Assembly (NCBI GenBank): GCA_051746405.1
Contig: JBNJFB010000008.1
Location: 1 to 64,000 of the forward strand
Length of the DNA: 64,000 nt
Source: Campylobacterota bacterium
Lineage (GTDB): Bacteria; Campylobacterota; Campylobacteria; Campylobacterales; Arcobacteraceae
Direction: 5' to 3'
Shown here: piece by piece, positions 50,331 to 61,563 of the stretch
Numbering within the stretch: the stretch's first letter is position 1
How the letters are laid out: every line of letters starts with the position of its first letter
Translations under genes and position numbers: made by a program
The notes under the pieces: model-generated
What the model saw: only the letters and a program-made list of their open reading frames with translations
Databases searched by the model: none
Told to the model about the DNA's origin: nothing

Positions 50331-52544
50331 TTATAAATCTTGTTCAATAACTTGTTTAAATTTATTGAAATAAATATCAGACATTGCATCTAAATCTTTA
50401 TAAATATCATTTATAGAGATTTTATAACCTTTTACTGCACCAATACTTAAGCACTCTATGTTACTTTTAGAAGCTATTTTTTCAAACTCTTGTGCATTTT
50501 GAGGTTTTACTTCAACAATTGCTCTACTTAAAGACTCAGCAAAAATATCTTTTGAATCATCTAACGAGATATTTGCTTCAACACCTTTTTTACCAACTAC
50601 TGCCATTTTTGCTAATGATATTGCTAAACCACCAACATTTACATCTTTTGCAGACTCTAATAAGTCATTTTTATTTGCTTCAATAACAGTATTCCAAAGT
50701 GCTAACTCTTTATCAAAATCAACTTCAGGGTGAACTCCTGCAACTTTGTTATACATTTTTTTCATATATAGTGAACCACCAAACTCTGATTTTGTTTCAC
50801 CTAATAGATATAAAATATTTCCCTCTTCTTGTAGACAAGATGGTAATACTTTATTTGCATCATCATTTACACCAACCATAGCAACTGCAGGAGTTGGGAA
50901 AACTCCAACACCATTAGTCTCATTGTATAATGAAACATTTCCACCAATTACAGGAGTATCAAGTTTTGAACAAGCCTCTTTTATACCTTCACAAGCCTCT
51001 TTAAATTGCCACATTACCTCTGGATTTTCTGGGTTACCAAAGTTAAGACAATCTGTAATTGCCTTAGGAGTTGCACCACTCATTGCAACATTTCTTCCCG
51101 TTTCCATAACAGCAGCAGCAGCTCCTAGTTTTGGGTCAATATAACATAATCTTGTATTACAATCAGCAGACATAGAAAGAGCCTTACCTGTTTGCTTTAC
51201 TCTAATAGTAGAACCATCAAGTTTTCCAGGTCCTTTTACAGTATTTGTTTGTACCATTGAGTCATACTGGTCATAAATCCAAGCTTTGTCTACAACCTCC
51301 ATATCACTAAATAACTCTTCAAATACTGCTTGATTTGAGAACTCTTTTTCAAGTTTTATATCTTTGATTTCATCTAAGTATTTAGGTTTTTCAACTGGTC
51401 TATCTAAAATAGGTGATTGCTCAGAAACTGGTTGAACAGGTACTTGGGCACACTTTTCACCATGCCAGAATAACTCCATATTTCCAGTATCCGTAACCTC
51501 ACCAATTACAGCTACATCTAATTCCCACTTCTCAAAAATATCAATAATCTTTTGCTCACTACCTTTTTTGGCACAAATAAGCATTCTCTCTTGAGATTCT
51601 GAAAGCATAAAATCATAAGGAGTCATTCCCTCTTCTCGGCACGGAACTTTATCAAGATTCATAAGCATACCGCTTCCAGATCTTCCAGCCATTTCAAATG
51701 AAGATGAAGTAAGTCCAGCAGCACCCATATCTTGAATACCAATAATTAAGTCTTCTTTAAATAGTTCTAAACAAGCTTCTAACAATAACTTTTCTGTAAA
51801 TGGATCACCAACTTGCACTGTTGGTCTTTTTGATTCACTATCTTCATCAAATGATGCAGAACTCATTACTGCACCTCCAAGTCCATCTCTACCTGTTTTA
51901 GAACCCACATACATAACTGGGTTTCCAACACCTTCAGCCTTTCCATAGAAGATTTCATCAGCTTTTGCAATACCTAAGTTAAATGCATTTACAAGATTAT
52001 TTCCTGCATAGCACTCTTCAAAGTTTGTCTGACCTCCAATAGTTGGAACACCCATACAGTTACCATATCCACCAATACCTGCAACTACACCTCTTAAAAG
52101 ATACCTATGTTTTTTAGCAGTTTTACTGTCACCTTCAATTCCAGCAAATTGAATTAGGTTCATAGAAGCAACAGGACGTGCTCCCATTGTAAATACATCT
52201 CTCATAATTCCACCAACACCAGTAGCAGCACCTTGATATGGTTCAATAAATGAAGGGTGATTATGTGACTCCATTTTAAATACAGCTGCATATCCATCAC
52301 CAATATCAATAACCCCTGCGTTTTCACCTGGACCTTGAATAACCCAAGGAGCTTTTGTTGGGAAACCTTTTAAATACTTCATACTAGATTTATAAGAACA
52401 GTGCTCAGACCACATAGCTGAAAAAATTCCAATCTCTACGTGATTTGGTTCTCTTCCTAAAATCTCTTTGATATTATCCAATTCTTCAAGTGTTAAAGAG
52501 TGAGCAAGTGCCATCTCTTCTAAATTCATCTCATTATTCTGCAT
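50331..52544 (-). CDS. purL: Phosphoribosylformylglycinamidine synthase subunit PurL
   Basis: [39 protein letters not shown]. Confidence 0.98.
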   Translation of the reverse strand: MQNNEMNLEEMALAHSLTLEELDNIKEILGREPNHVEIGIFSAMWSEHCSYKSSMKYLKGFPTKAPWVIQGPGENAGVIDIGDGYAAVFKMESHNHPSFIEPYQGAATGVGGIMRDVFTMGARPVASMNLIQFAGIEGDSKTAKKHRYLLRGVVAGIGGYGNCMGVPTIGGQTNFEECYAGNNLVNAFNLGIAKADEIFYGKAEGVGNPVMYVGSKTGRDGLGGAVMSSASFDEDSESKRPTVQVGDPFTEKLLLEACLELFKEDLIIGIQDMGAAGLTSSSFEMAGRSGSGMLMNLDKVPCREEGMTPYDFMLSESQERMLICAKKGSEQKIIDIFEKWELDVAVIGEVTDTGNMELFWHGEKCAQVPVQPVSEQSPILDRPVEKPKYLDEIKDIKLEKEFSNQAVFEELFSDMEVVDKAWIYDQYDSMVQTNTVKGPGKLDGSTIRVKQTGKALSMSADCNTRLCYIDPKLGAAAAVMETGRNVAMSGATPKAITDCLNFGNPENPEVMWQFKEACEGIKEACSKLDTPVIGGNVSLYNETNGVGVFPTPAVAMVGVNDDANKVLPSCLQEEGNILYLLGETKSEFGGSLYMKKMYNKVAGVHPEVDFDKELALWNTVIEANKNDLLESAKDVNVGGLAISLAKMAVVGKKGVEANISLDDSKDIFAESLSRAIVEVKPQNAQEFEKIASKSNIECLSIGAVKGYKISINDIYKDLDAMSDIYFNKFKQVIEQDL

Positions 52545-52609
52545 TTCTCGCCTTAATTATGGTTGTTTAAGTAGTAGTGATTATATCCAAATAAGAGTTA
52601 AATTATGAT

Positions 52610-53575
52610 TTAGTCTTCAAATAAAATCTTAAAAGTACCATTATTATACTCTACTATTAACTCTTTTGTTCCCACAAATTTTACATTATCACTTTTATAA
52701 TATTCATCCATAAACACTCTAAATAATCTTTTGTTTAATGAGTTTGGATATACAGTTGCTTGTATATTTGAAAACTTTATCAATTTCTCCTCATTTTTTG
52801 AAAAAACTCTTTTTTTATAGAGTGAAAACTCATCTTTATTCATACCATTATACCACTTAAAATCATTAGAATAAAAATTTAAATACTCATCAAGTTTAGA
52901 GTACTTCCAATTATATCTCCACTTATAAACCAAAGATAAAAGAGATGATATTTCATTTATTGTTGGCTTTATTATCTCACTTTGTGAAGTGATAAGCAAG
53001 CTTGTTTTCAAATCAATTTTAGAGTCTAACTGCTTTAATGGTTCATTATCTAAAGCAATACATCCTTGTGTAAACTTCTCTCTTTCATCTTTCAAAGGCA
53101 TTCCATGTATCCAAATACCATGTCCTGTTTTATTGAGACTTTTATCAAAACTATTTGGATATGAAGTTGTAAGAGCCATTGGCCCATAAAACTGATCTAG
53201 ATTCTGTTTTTTATATAGTAGATTATATACTCCAATAGGTGTTTTTTTATCACCCTCTATTAGTTTATCCCCATCTACTTCGCCAACTATAACATCTTTT
53301 TTTAACACAACTTTATAATTATTATCTTCATATTTATAAAGCTTTAATATTTTTTTATTTTTATTTACATGTATAATTGATTGTTTATTCTGCATATAAC
53401 CAAATTTTAAAGATTGTTCTTCTAGCTTTTTCTTCCAAAACTCTTTTTTAAAAAGTTGCCTATCTAGATATTTTTCAACCTCTTTTAAACCTTTTTTCTC
53501 ATATAAAGAGACTATATCTTGTGCAAAAGCTGAAGATAATAAAAACAGCGTTAGTAAGAGAAATATTTTTTTCAA
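52610..53575 (-). CDS. YkuD-family L,D-carboxypeptidase with NTF2-like C-terminus (Csd6/Pgp2-like)
   Basis: EGDKKTPIGVY, YPN.FD, GIWIHG, TQGCIA. Confidence 0.87.
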   Translation of the reverse strand: MKKIFLLLTLFLLSSAFAQDIVSLYEKKGLKEVEKYLDRQLFKKEFWKKKLEEQSLKFGYMQNKQSIIHVNKNKKILKLYKYEDNNYKVVLKKDVIVGEVDGDKLIEGDKKTPIGVYNLLYKKQNLDQFYGPMALTTSYPNSFDKSLNKTGHGIWIHGMPLKDEREKFTQGCIALDNEPLKQLDSKIDLKTSLLITSQSEIIKPTINEISSLLSLVYKWRYNWKYSKLDEYLNFYSNDFKWYNGMNKDEFSLYKKRVFSKNEEKLIKFSNIQATVYPNSLNKRLFRVFMDEYYKSDNVKFVGTKELIVEYNNGTFKILFED

Positions 53576-53654
53576 TAAACTATCCTATATAATTTTTTAA
53601 GTTCGCAAATTGTATAATCTTAGCCCTAATTTTTAAATAAAGTGAAGTAATTAA

Positions 53655-54836
53655 ATGAAAAAAATATTTATATCAATAATATTATTAGTAAATTTTATAT
53701 TTGCAGCTGAAGTAAAAGAGCTATCTTGGCCAACAGGTGAGTCATTTCTAACCTTTTTAGATAAATACTCTATTTCTCAAAAGTTATATTTTGATTTAGA
53801 AAAAGAGGAAAAAGAGCTTTGTTCTGAAATAAGAGCTGATAATAGGTATTATTTGTATGAAAATGATGATGGAACACTAAACCAAGTTTTAATACCTGTA
53901 TCACAAGAGATACAGCTTCATGTTTATGAAAATACAAAAGGGGAGTATAAATTTCAAACTCTTCCTATAAACTATCAAGAGTACACAGAAACTATTGTAG
54001 TTCCAATAACTAGCTCAGTAGCGTATGATTTACAACAAGCTACAAGCAATCCAGCAATTTCAGCTATGATAAAAGCTCTATTTAGTGATGTAAACTTCAG
54101 AGGTATGCAAAAAGGTGATAATGTAGCAATAAAATATACACAAAAAGTACTTATGGGAAAACCCCATGGACTACCTGAAATCCAAACAGCTATGATAGAA
54201 GTAAATAAAAAAAGATATTATAGATTTAAAAATAACGATGATGACAACTACTACAATGAAAAAGGTGTAGGCTTTACAAAAACCTACTTTTTTAGAGTAC
54301 CTTTAACATATAGCAGGATTTCAAGCTCATTTACTAGAAAAAGATATCATCCTGTTCTAAAAAGATATAGAGCACACTTAGGTACAGATTTCGCAGCACC
54401 AAGGGGTAGAAAGATTTATGCAGCAGCAAATGGAAGAGTAAGCTTTGTAGGAAGAAGAGGCGGATATGGAAAAACCATTATTATAAGACATGCAAATGGT
54501 TATAAAACTCTATATGCACACCAATATAAATTCAATAGAAGCATCAAAAGAGGACAAAGAGTAAGAAAAGGTCAACATATAGGGTATGTGGGTAGTACAG
54601 GACTTAGTACAGGACCACATTTACACTTTGGACTTTATAAAAATGGAAGGGCAACAAACCCTATGAAGGTTATTAAAAAACCTAATGTAAAAGGCTTAAA
54701 GGGTAAGAAAAAAAGAACATTTATAGCTAATGCAAAACTTAAAATAGATGAGTTAAACTATGCTATAAATAATGAAAATAGACCAAAACCAACGAAACTT
54801 GCTAGGGTAGCTTATAAAAGTGATTTAGTAGATTAA
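53655..54836 (+). CDS. M23 family peptidoglycan DD-peptidase (Csd3-like)
   Basis: HLGTDF, YAH, GSTGLSTGPHLHFG. Confidence 0.92.
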   Translation: MKKIFISIILLVNFIFAAEVKELSWPTGESFLTFLDKYSISQKLYFDLEKEEKELCSEIRADNRYYLYENDDGTLNQVLIPVSQEIQLHVYENTKGEYKFQTLPINYQEYTETIVVPITSSVAYDLQQATSNPAISAMIKALFSDVNFRGMQKGDNVAIKYTQKVLMGKPHGLPEIQTAMIEVNKKRYYRFKNNDDDNYYNEKGVGFTKTYFFRVPLTYSRISSSFTRKRYHPVLKRYRAHLGTDFAAPRGRKIYAAANGRVSFVGRRGGYGKTIIIRHANGYKTLYAHQYKFNRSIKRGQRVRKGQHIGYVGSTGLSTGPHLHFGLYKNGRATNPMKVIKKPNVKGLKGKKKRTFIANAKLKIDELNYAINNENRPKPTKLARVAYKSDLVD

Positions 54837-54856
54837 AAAATTTAAAGTAAGGAGTT

Positions 54857-56209
54857 ATGATGCCTCAAGATGAAACTATAGATAATCCAAACGAACTATT
54901 AGAGGCTATTAACTCTTTACATCCAAGTGATATAGCTAACTCACTTAAGAGAATTGAAAAAGATAGTATTGATGACTTCTTTTTTATCTTAAGAAATCTA
55001 CCCGATGAGACTTTAGGTGAAGTTTTACTTGAACTACCTGACTCACTTAGAGAAAATGCTTACGAAGAGCTATCAACAAGTCAATTAACAGATGCAGTTG
55101 AAGAGCTAGAATCAGATGACCAAACAGATATTATTCAAGAAATAGAAGATTATGATATACAAAAAGCTCGTAAGATTTATGAAGGACTTCATGAAGAAGA
55201 CCAAAAAGAGATAGATTGGCTTAAAAAGTATGAAGAGGAAGAAGCTGGTGCATATATGCAAACTGAGCTTTTTTCAGCAGCTATTACTGAAACTATAGGT
55301 TCATCAATAGAAAGACTAAAAGTAGCTAAGGATGAAGATGAACTTGATAATATCCATCAAGTTTTTATAGTTGATGAAAAAGGTATCCTATTAGCATCTA
55401 TTTTACTTGAAGATTTGATTATTTATGATTTTGATAAGACTTATGAACAACTTCTAAAAGAACATCCTGATAACTTTGAACCATTTAAAGTAGATGATGA
55501 TGAGCATATTGATAAAGTTTCAAAGATGTTTGAAAGATATGATTTATCTGTTGTTGCAGTTGTTGGCTATCAAGGTATGCTAATGGGTAGAATTACATCT
55601 GATGATATATTAGATGTGATTGAAGAGAATGCCACAGAGCAAATCTACCAATTAGCAGGTGTAAATGATGATTTTGAGCATGAAGACAATCTTTTTACAA
55701 CTGCAAAAAAAAGAGCAATTTGGCTTTTTCTAAATCTAGGAACAGCAATATTAGCATCACTTGTAATTGGTGTATTTGATGAAACTATTCAATCTTATGT
55801 TGCCTTGGCAATTTTAATGCCAATAGTAGCATCAATGGGTGGAAATGCAGGTACACAAACACTAGCTGTAATGGTTAGACAGCTTGCTTTAGGTGATATT
55901 GAACTTGCAGGAGCTAAACATGCCATAAAAAAAGAGGTTGTAATCTCCTTGCTAAATGGTTTTTTATTCGCTTTTTTAATAGGTATTATTGCATGGATGT
56001 GGTTCGAAGTTGCACTACTTGGATTAGTCATAGCCCTATCAATGGTTATAAACCTATTTAGTGCAGGTTTTTTTGGAGCTTCGATACCATTAGTTTTAAA
56101 AAAGTTGGATGTTGACCCAGCTATTGGAAGTACAGTTTTACTAACAACTGTTACAGATATAGTAGGATTCTTTAGTTTTTTAATGCTAGCAAAAGTAATT
56201 CTTTTGTAA
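54857..56209 (+). CDS. mgtE: Magnesium transporter MgtE
   Basis: Acidic N-domain, CBS pair, MGGNAGTQ, DPA, TTVTD. Confidence 0.95.
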   Translation: MMPQDETIDNPNELLEAINSLHPSDIANSLKRIEKDSIDDFFFILRNLPDETLGEVLLELPDSLRENAYEELSTSQLTDAVEELESDDQTDIIQEIEDYDIQKARKIYEGLHEEDQKEIDWLKKYEEEEAGAYMQTELFSAAITETIGSSIERLKVAKDEDELDNIHQVFIVDEKGILLASILLEDLIIYDFDKTYEQLLKEHPDNFEPFKVDDDEHIDKVSKMFERYDLSVVAVVGYQGMLMGRITSDDILDVIEENATEQIYQLAGVNDDFEHEDNLFTTAKKRAIWLFLNLGTAILASLVIGVFDETIQSYVALAILMPIVASMGGNAGTQTLAVMVRQLALGDIELAGAKHAIKKEVVISLLNGFLFAFLIGIIAWMWFEVALLGLVIALSMVINLFSAGFFGASIPLVLKKLDVDPAIGSTVLLTTVTDIVGFFSFLMLAKVILL

Positions 56210-56232
56210 ATAGTAGTAAAAACTACTATTTA
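56207..56232. terminator. Hairpin between convergent mgtE and toxin genes
   Basis: TAAATAGTAGT-aaaa-ACTACTATTTA. Confidence 0.6.
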
Positions 56233-56234
56233 TA

Positions 56235-56582
56235 CTAGCTAACTCCTACAATTTCATCTAGCATCTCTTTAAGTAAATTCATCTCATTAGGAGCTAAAGA
56301 GGATAATTTTTTGATAAATCTATCATTATCTATAGCTCTTATTTGTGTAACAACTATATCCGAATCTTTCTCTAAATCTTCTCTTGCTTTTATTCTCACT
56401 CTTATTGGTTGTGCGTCATCTACTAAAGATGTGCTAAGTGGTATGATGATAGTAGTGGGATACTCACTATGGTTAAACTCGTTGTTTTGAAATACTACAA
56501 CTGGTCTTACTTTTCCCATCTCATTTGATTTTTTAACTGGGTTAAGATTCACTAGCCATATTTCACCTCTACATACCATCAT
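56235..56582 (-). CDS. Type II toxin, PemK/MazF family endoribonuclease
   Basis: RGEIWLVNLNP...EMGKVRPVVV, IIPLST, QIRAID; start 56582/56579 after GAGGGA SD. Confidence 0.92.
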   Translation of the reverse strand: MMVCRGEIWLVNLNPVKKSNEMGKVRPVVVFQNNEFNHSEYPTTIIIPLSTSLVDDAQPIRVRIKAREDLEKDSDIVVTQIRAIDNDRFIKKLSSLAPNEMNLLKEMLDEIVGVS

Positions 56583-56796
56583 CAGTAGTTCCCTCAAAAT
56601 CGCTAAACTCTTTTTTATCTATATCTTTTGTTTTTTCTATAGCCATTTGAAGTTTAGACTTTTTAGCTTTTTCTACATTATTTGCATATTGTTCTATAGC
56701 TTCTCTTATTACTTCACTCTTTTTTTTATGGAGCATATTTGCTATATTATTTAGTCTATTTTCTAGCTTTTCATCTAGTCTTACTGTTGCAGTCAT
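56569..56796 (-). CDS. Ribbon-helix-helix (CopG-like) antitoxin
   Basis: TVRLDEKLENRL...KKSEVIREAI; acidic C-terminus overlapping the toxin start; ATG 56796 after GAGGTG SD. Confidence 0.85.
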   Translation of the reverse strand: MTATVRLDEKLENRLNNIANMLHKKKSEVIREAIEQYANNVEKAKKSKLQMAIEKTKDIDKKEFSDFEGTTDDGM

Positions 56797-56815
56797 AATA
56801 CACCTCTTCTGTAGT

Positions 56816-56839
56816 TTGTAATACAATATTCAAGTATAA
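56816..56839 (-). promoter_or_regulatory. TA promoter (TGnTATACT) with downstream TTGTA-n-TACAA palindrome
   Basis: Minus strand TGTTATACT then TTGTATTACAA (56826-56816) before the SD. Confidence 0.5.
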
Positions 56840-56882
56840 CATAATTTAATTAATATTAAAAGGCAACAATAGTTTATAGTAA

Positions 56883-57455
56883 CTACTTATGCAAAGACTT
56901 AGAAACTATTGACAAAAACTCATCTTTTGTTGTTTTATTTGATTTAAAAAGTCCTCTAAGAGCTGAAGTAACTGTTGTTGAACTTATTTTTTCAACTCCT
57001 CTCATTTCCATACACATATGTCTTGCATCGATTATAACTGCAACTCCCTTTGGTTTTAGGTGCTCATTTAACGCATCACAAATCTGTTCAGTAAGCTGCT
57101 CTTGTATTTGCAGTCTTCTTGCAAATACATCCACAACCCTTGGTATTTTTGAAAGTCCTACTACCTTTCCATCTGGAATATATGCTACATGTGCTTTTCC
57201 AATAATAGGTAGCATATGATGCTCACATTGACTATAAAACTCTATATCTTTTACTACTACCATCTCATCATTTGTTGAAGTAAAAAGTGCTTTTTGGATT
57301 ATCTCTTTTGGATTTTGATTATAACCACTACACATAAACTCATAAGCTTTTCTAACTCTTGATGGAGTATCAACTAAGCCTTCTCTATTTGGGTCTTCTT
57401 GCAAATATAATAAAACTTTTTTGATTGACTTTTCAAACTCTTCTTTAGTAACCAT
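56883..57455 (-). CDS. folE: GTP cyclohydrolase I
   Basis: [31 protein letters not shown]. Confidence 0.98.
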   Translation of the reverse strand: MVTKEEFEKSIKKVLLYLQEDPNREGLVDTPSRVRKAYEFMCSGYNQNPKEIIQKALFTSTNDEMVVVKDIEFYSQCEHHMLPIIGKAHVAYIPDGKVVGLSKIPRVVDVFARRLQIQEQLTEQICDALNEHLKPKGVAVIIDARHMCMEMRGVEKISSTTVTSALRGLFKSNKTTKDEFLSIVSKSLHK

Positions 57456-57469
57456 TAATTAAATTTCCT

Positions 57470-58663
57470 TTAGGATTTTATGATATTTCCCATATCCCAT
57501 ATTGGTATAAAAATTGCCAAAACTATCCAAAGAATTATACCAACAATTATAAATAGAAAAATAGGTTCAATATAAGTTAAAATTTTATTTATCTTTTCAT
57601 TAACTCTATTTTTATAAATCATTTTTATTTCAGGCAAAACTACTTTCATTGAGTTTGAGACTTCAGCTGTTCTTAGAAGACTTAAAATCAATGTATCAAA
57701 GAGATTTGCTTTTTTAAATGAAAAAGATATGGTCTTACCATTTTTTATATAGTTTTCAATTAGAGATATTTTATCTAAAATGTATTTGTTTTTTACTAAA
57801 GCCTTTGATTCACCCAATGCTTTTGGGAACTCATAACTTGAATTTACAAAGATATCTAGTACTAAAAAAACTTTATAAAGTTGAGTATATAGATAAAGTT
57901 CTCTAAATAAAAGTACTTTTTTCACTAATACTTTTTGAATAAAATATCTAAACTTATAAACACTTATATATAAAAAAGTAAAAATAAAAGATGTAAAAAT
58001 AAAAAATAAAAAAATATAGAAAATATTCTCAAAATAGAACTCTTGAATAAAAAATAACAACTTTGTAGCTTGTGGCAAAGAGTTATAACTGTCACTAAAT
58101 ACAGCTTTAAATTTTGGTATTACAAAATAAAAAATCATATTCAAAGATAAACACATAGTAACTACAAGCATCATAGGGTATCTAAGAGCTTTTTTAAAAT
58201 CTTTTTTAACTTGATAGGATTCATTAAGCATCATATATAGTGATTTAATATTTCTTTTAAGATTTGAACTATTTTGAGATAGTTTTAAAAATGAAGTTAT
58301 ATTTTCATCTATTTTGTATGTGTCTAATAACTTATCAACTGATGATAGATTTACAAATGAGTTTTTTAAATCTTTTATAAAAGCTTTTGTTTTACTATTT
58401 GTTTGATTTTCTATCAAAATATCCATTGCATCACTTATTATTAGATTAGCTTCTAACATTAAACTTAACTCATAAAATATCTCTATTAACTCACTTTGTT
58501 CTATTTTAATTTTACTTTTAAAATTAAAGTTTAAAAGCTTTTTCCCATTTTGTTTTATCTCAATAACATTTTGGGGTAACTTACATTTTTTTATATTATC
58601 ACTTCTTAGAGTTTTTGTTTTTACAATTCCATTTTCATAATATTTTATCTTATACTCTTGCAT
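57470..58663 (-). CDS. Type II secretion/type IV pilus platform protein (GspF/PilC/CtsF-like)
   Basis: ALRYP, VIPKF, IEPI...AIFIPIW two-repeat T2SSF architecture. Confidence 0.88.
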   Translation of the reverse strand: MQEYKIKYYENGIVKTKTLRSDNIKKCKLPQNVIEIKQNGKKLLNFNFKSKIKIEQSELIEIFYELSLMLEANLIISDAMDILIENQTNSKTKAFIKDLKNSFVNLSSVDKLLDTYKIDENITSFLKLSQNSSNLKRNIKSLYMMLNESYQVKKDFKKALRYPMMLVVTMCLSLNMIFYFVIPKFKAVFSDSYNSLPQATKLLFFIQEFYFENIFYIFLFFIFTSFIFTFLYISVYKFRYFIQKVLVKKVLLFRELYLYTQLYKVFLVLDIFVNSSYEFPKALGESKALVKNKYILDKISLIENYIKNGKTISFSFKKANLFDTLILSLLRTAEVSNSMKVVLPEIKMIYKNRVNEKINKILTYIEPIFLFIIVGIILWIVLAIFIPIWDMGNIIKS

Positions 58664-58664
58664 T

Positions 58665-60026
58665 TTACAGACTTACAACTTTTAAAACTTCTTGCATTGA
58701 AGTAATATTTTTATTTACTTTATTAACCCCATCCTCATACATACTTATGAAGCCTTTACTCTTTTGATACTTACTTATATTTGACAAATCACTTTTCTTA
58801 AAGATTATTGAGCTTAGCTCTTCATCTACTTTTAAAGACTCTGAGATATTTGTACGACCATAAAAGCCTGTATAGTTACACTTTTTACATCCGCTATTTT
58901 CACACTCTTTACAATAAGCTAATACTAATCTTTGGGATAATACAAGCTTTAAAGTAGTTGCTACTAAAAAGGGATCTGCATCTAAATCCAATAGCCTAGT
59001 AATAGTTTGAGCACTACTATTTGAGTGAATACTGGCAAGTACTAAGTGACCTGTTAAAGAAGCTTGAAGTGCTATTTGTAGTGAGAATTTATCTCTAATC
59101 TCACCAATAAAAATTATATCAGGGTCTTGTCTTAATATATTTTTCAATACAATTTCAAAACTAAGTCCAATTTTATTATCAATCTGAACTTGTGCTATTT
59201 CGTCAATTTTATACTCAACAGGGTCTTCTACTGTTATTATTTTTTTCTCTCTTTTTTTTAGTTCATTTAGCATCGAATATAGAGTTGTTGTTTTTCCACT
59301 ACCTGTGGGACCTGTAACTAAAATCAAGCCTTGTGATAGCTCTAATGCACTCTTTATATCAAGTAAAATATGAGAAGAGAAGTTTAAACTCTCAACTGTA
59401 CTATTTACATTTATATTATCTAAGATTCTTATTACAATTGATTCAAAATTTAGTGTTGGCATGGTTGAAAGTCTAAAGTTATACTTTTTATTATTTATAA
59501 ACTGTGTAAACCTACTATCTAAAGGAAGTCTTGTTTGTGTCACATCAAGATTAGAAATAAGCTTAAAATATGATGCAATAAGTTGCAAAAACTCAATCTC
59601 ACATGCAAAAAAAGTTTTTAAATTTCCATCAACTCTAAACTTAAAAAGTGCTTTTTTATCTAGTCTTTCTATATGAATATCACTAGCCCTATTCTCAATA
59701 GCAAATGCTAGCAAACAATCAACAAAATCTTTTAATATACTATTTTGCTGTACATTAACTCTCATTGTTTTTTGACAAGCTTTATAAAGATAGATTTTAG
59801 TTTTTATATTAGAGTATAAAAACAGAAGGTTTCGTTTTTTAATCTCTTTGTACTTAACTAACTTAGAAAATATATTATCAATATTTAAAAGATTAGATTC
59901 ACTACAAACAAATACATAAATAGATAAGTCATCTTCATAATAAGGCATTATTAAAAGCTCTTTTAATAAAGACATATCAAAATTTTCCAATACCTTATAA
60001 TCAATTATTTCATTTAAAATACTCAT
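58665..60026 (-). CDS. GspE/PilB/CtsE-like secretion ATPase
   Basis: ASDIHIE, GPTGSGKTT, TVEDPVE, LRQDPD..GEIRD, TGHLV, CxxC-x4-CxxC. Confidence 0.93.
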   Translation of the reverse strand: MSILNEIIDYKVLENFDMSLLKELLIMPYYEDDLSIYVFVCSESNLLNIDNIFSKLVKYKEIKKRNLLFLYSNIKTKIYLYKACQKTMRVNVQQNSILKDFVDCLLAFAIENRASDIHIERLDKKALFKFRVDGNLKTFFACEIEFLQLIASYFKLISNLDVTQTRLPLDSRFTQFINNKKYNFRLSTMPTLNFESIVIRILDNINVNSTVESLNFSSHILLDIKSALELSQGLILVTGPTGSGKTTTLYSMLNELKKREKKIITVEDPVEYKIDEIAQVQIDNKIGLSFEIVLKNILRQDPDIIFIGEIRDKFSLQIALQASLTGHLVLASIHSNSSAQTITRLLDLDADPFLVATTLKLVLSQRLVLAYCKECENSGCKKCNYTGFYGRTNISESLKVDEELSSIIFKKSDLSNISKYQKSKGFISMYEDGVNKVNKNITSMQEVLKVVSL

Positions 60027-60645
60027 TTTTCACCTTTAATTCAAGTTTTTGTCCTTTTTTTATTAATACAACACTATTTTTTCTAATCTTTTGTATTATA
60101 TATCCTTGTACACTCTCTTTTGGTTTGTACCAAAGACCTGAAATATTTACCCTATTTCCAATAATGCCATTAAGCTTTATTTGTATATCCTCTTTTGAAT
60201 TATTTTTTAAGTATCTTTTAGAAAAATCAATAGTTATAATTAAATCAAATACTTCATCTGAGCCTTTTTGAATAGTAAAACTTAATATATTTGAATACTT
60301 ATTTATATTTTCTATAAAATCAATAGTTTTAAGAAACTCCTTTAAATGCACTTGTAAATTAATAAAAAACATTTTTTTCTTAAAAGTTATACTTTTTATT
60401 TCAATATCATTTTTAGAAAAAAACTTTTCAAACTTTTGAAGTATAATATTTGAATCATAATCTAGATTTTTCCTATTTAAATCTATGCTTTTTGTTGAAA
60501 AATTGCTTTTTTCAAAATCTATATTTTGAAAAATCAAAACCATTATTAACAATGGTAGAAAAAACAGCTGTAGCCTTACACTTAGTGTTGTTTTTTCATA
60601 ATATCTATTTAAAAAATCTAATAAACCCATCAACTTTATATCCAT
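60010..60645 (-). CDS. Hypothetical single-TM protein, probable divergent T2SS/T4P alignment subunit
   Basis: N-terminal TM, C-terminal LNGIIGNRVNI...W..K GspC/PilP-like segment; overlaps neighbours. Confidence 0.55.
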   Translation of the reverse strand: MDIKLMGLLDFLNRYYEKTTLSVRLQLFFLPLLIMVLIFQNIDFEKSNFSTKSIDLNRKNLDYDSNIILQKFEKFFSKNDIEIKSITFKKKMFFINLQVHLKEFLKTIDFIENINKYSNILSFTIQKGSDEVFDLIITIDFSKRYLKNNSKEDIQIKLNGIIGNRVNISGLWYKPKESVQGYIIQKIRKNSVVLIKKGQKLELKVKNEYFK

Positions 60646-61489
60646 TTTCTAAATCATTCTCTATTCTATTTACTTTAATTGAGTCTTTATTATTTAATAT
60701 AAAACTATTAATGTTTTTACTACTTTTACTATATAAAACAAATCTAAGTAACCTATTTTCATAACTTAACCGTTGGATTTTTATACTATTTTTTTCAAGT
60801 TTTTTAAAAAAATCATCTAACTGTTTTGTAACAGGGAAAAAACTAATATCCTCTTTTGCTTTTTTAATATTTGACAGATAAATCTCTTGATTTTTTTGAT
60901 TTTGGGCTTGGAGTCTACTTTTTTCATAAAAGAAGTATCCCCCAAAGAGACTAAAAAGTAAAACTATGTAAATAAAATAGAGATATATAGCCCTATTTGT
61001 TCTATAAATAGCTTTTAACTTTGATTTAGGCTTTGTTTTTTTATTTAAAAAACTATTTGTAAGTTCGTTTATTTTCTCTTCACTAATATACTCTATATCA
61101 AACTCTTCTACTTTTAATTTTTTTTGCACAAAACCTTTAATATCATCTATATTAATTTCATGGTTTAATCTTTTATAGTAATAAAGAGTGCTATTTTCAA
61201 ATAGAGCAAAAAACTCATCACAAATAAAAAGTTTTGTACTTTTAGAGTCATTTTTTAAGGTTTTATTTAAAAGCTCAAAAACAAAGATATCAAACTTCAT
61301 ATCAGTAATAAAAACTTGATAAGTATTAGTTTTATATAAATGAGTGTAAAATATTTTTTTATTCTCTATATTAATATTTTTTAGTTGTAGTGATGTGAAA
61401 ATATAGCTTTTTAATGCTTTATTTTCTATATTTTCAGTAGGTGTTAAAAGTATAGATTCAAAATCGTAGGTATTTGCTATAAAATTCAT
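60605..61489 (-). CDS. Hypothetical bitopic membrane protein, probable divergent GspL/PilMN-like subunit
   Basis: Cytoplasmic domain, central TM, coiled coil; first gene of the gspE/gspF cluster. Confidence 0.55.
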   Translation of the reverse strand: MNFIANTYDFESILLTPTENIENKALKSYIFTSLQLKNINIENKKIFYTHLYKTNTYQVFITDMKFDIFVFELLNKTLKNDSKSTKLFICDEFFALFENSTLYYYKRLNHEINIDDIKGFVQKKLKVEEFDIEYISEEKINELTNSFLNKKTKPKSKLKAIYRTNRAIYLYFIYIVLLFSLFGGYFFYEKSRLQAQNQKNQEIYLSNIKKAKEDISFFPVTKQLDDFFKKLEKNSIKIQRLSYENRLLRFVLYSKSSKNINSFILNNKDSIKVNRIENDLENGYKVDGFIRFFK

Positions 61490-61563
61490 AGTAACTCACT
61501 GTAATAAAGTAAGTTACTATAGTATAATAAAGTTTAATCTTTGATAAATTAATAATTATTTAT

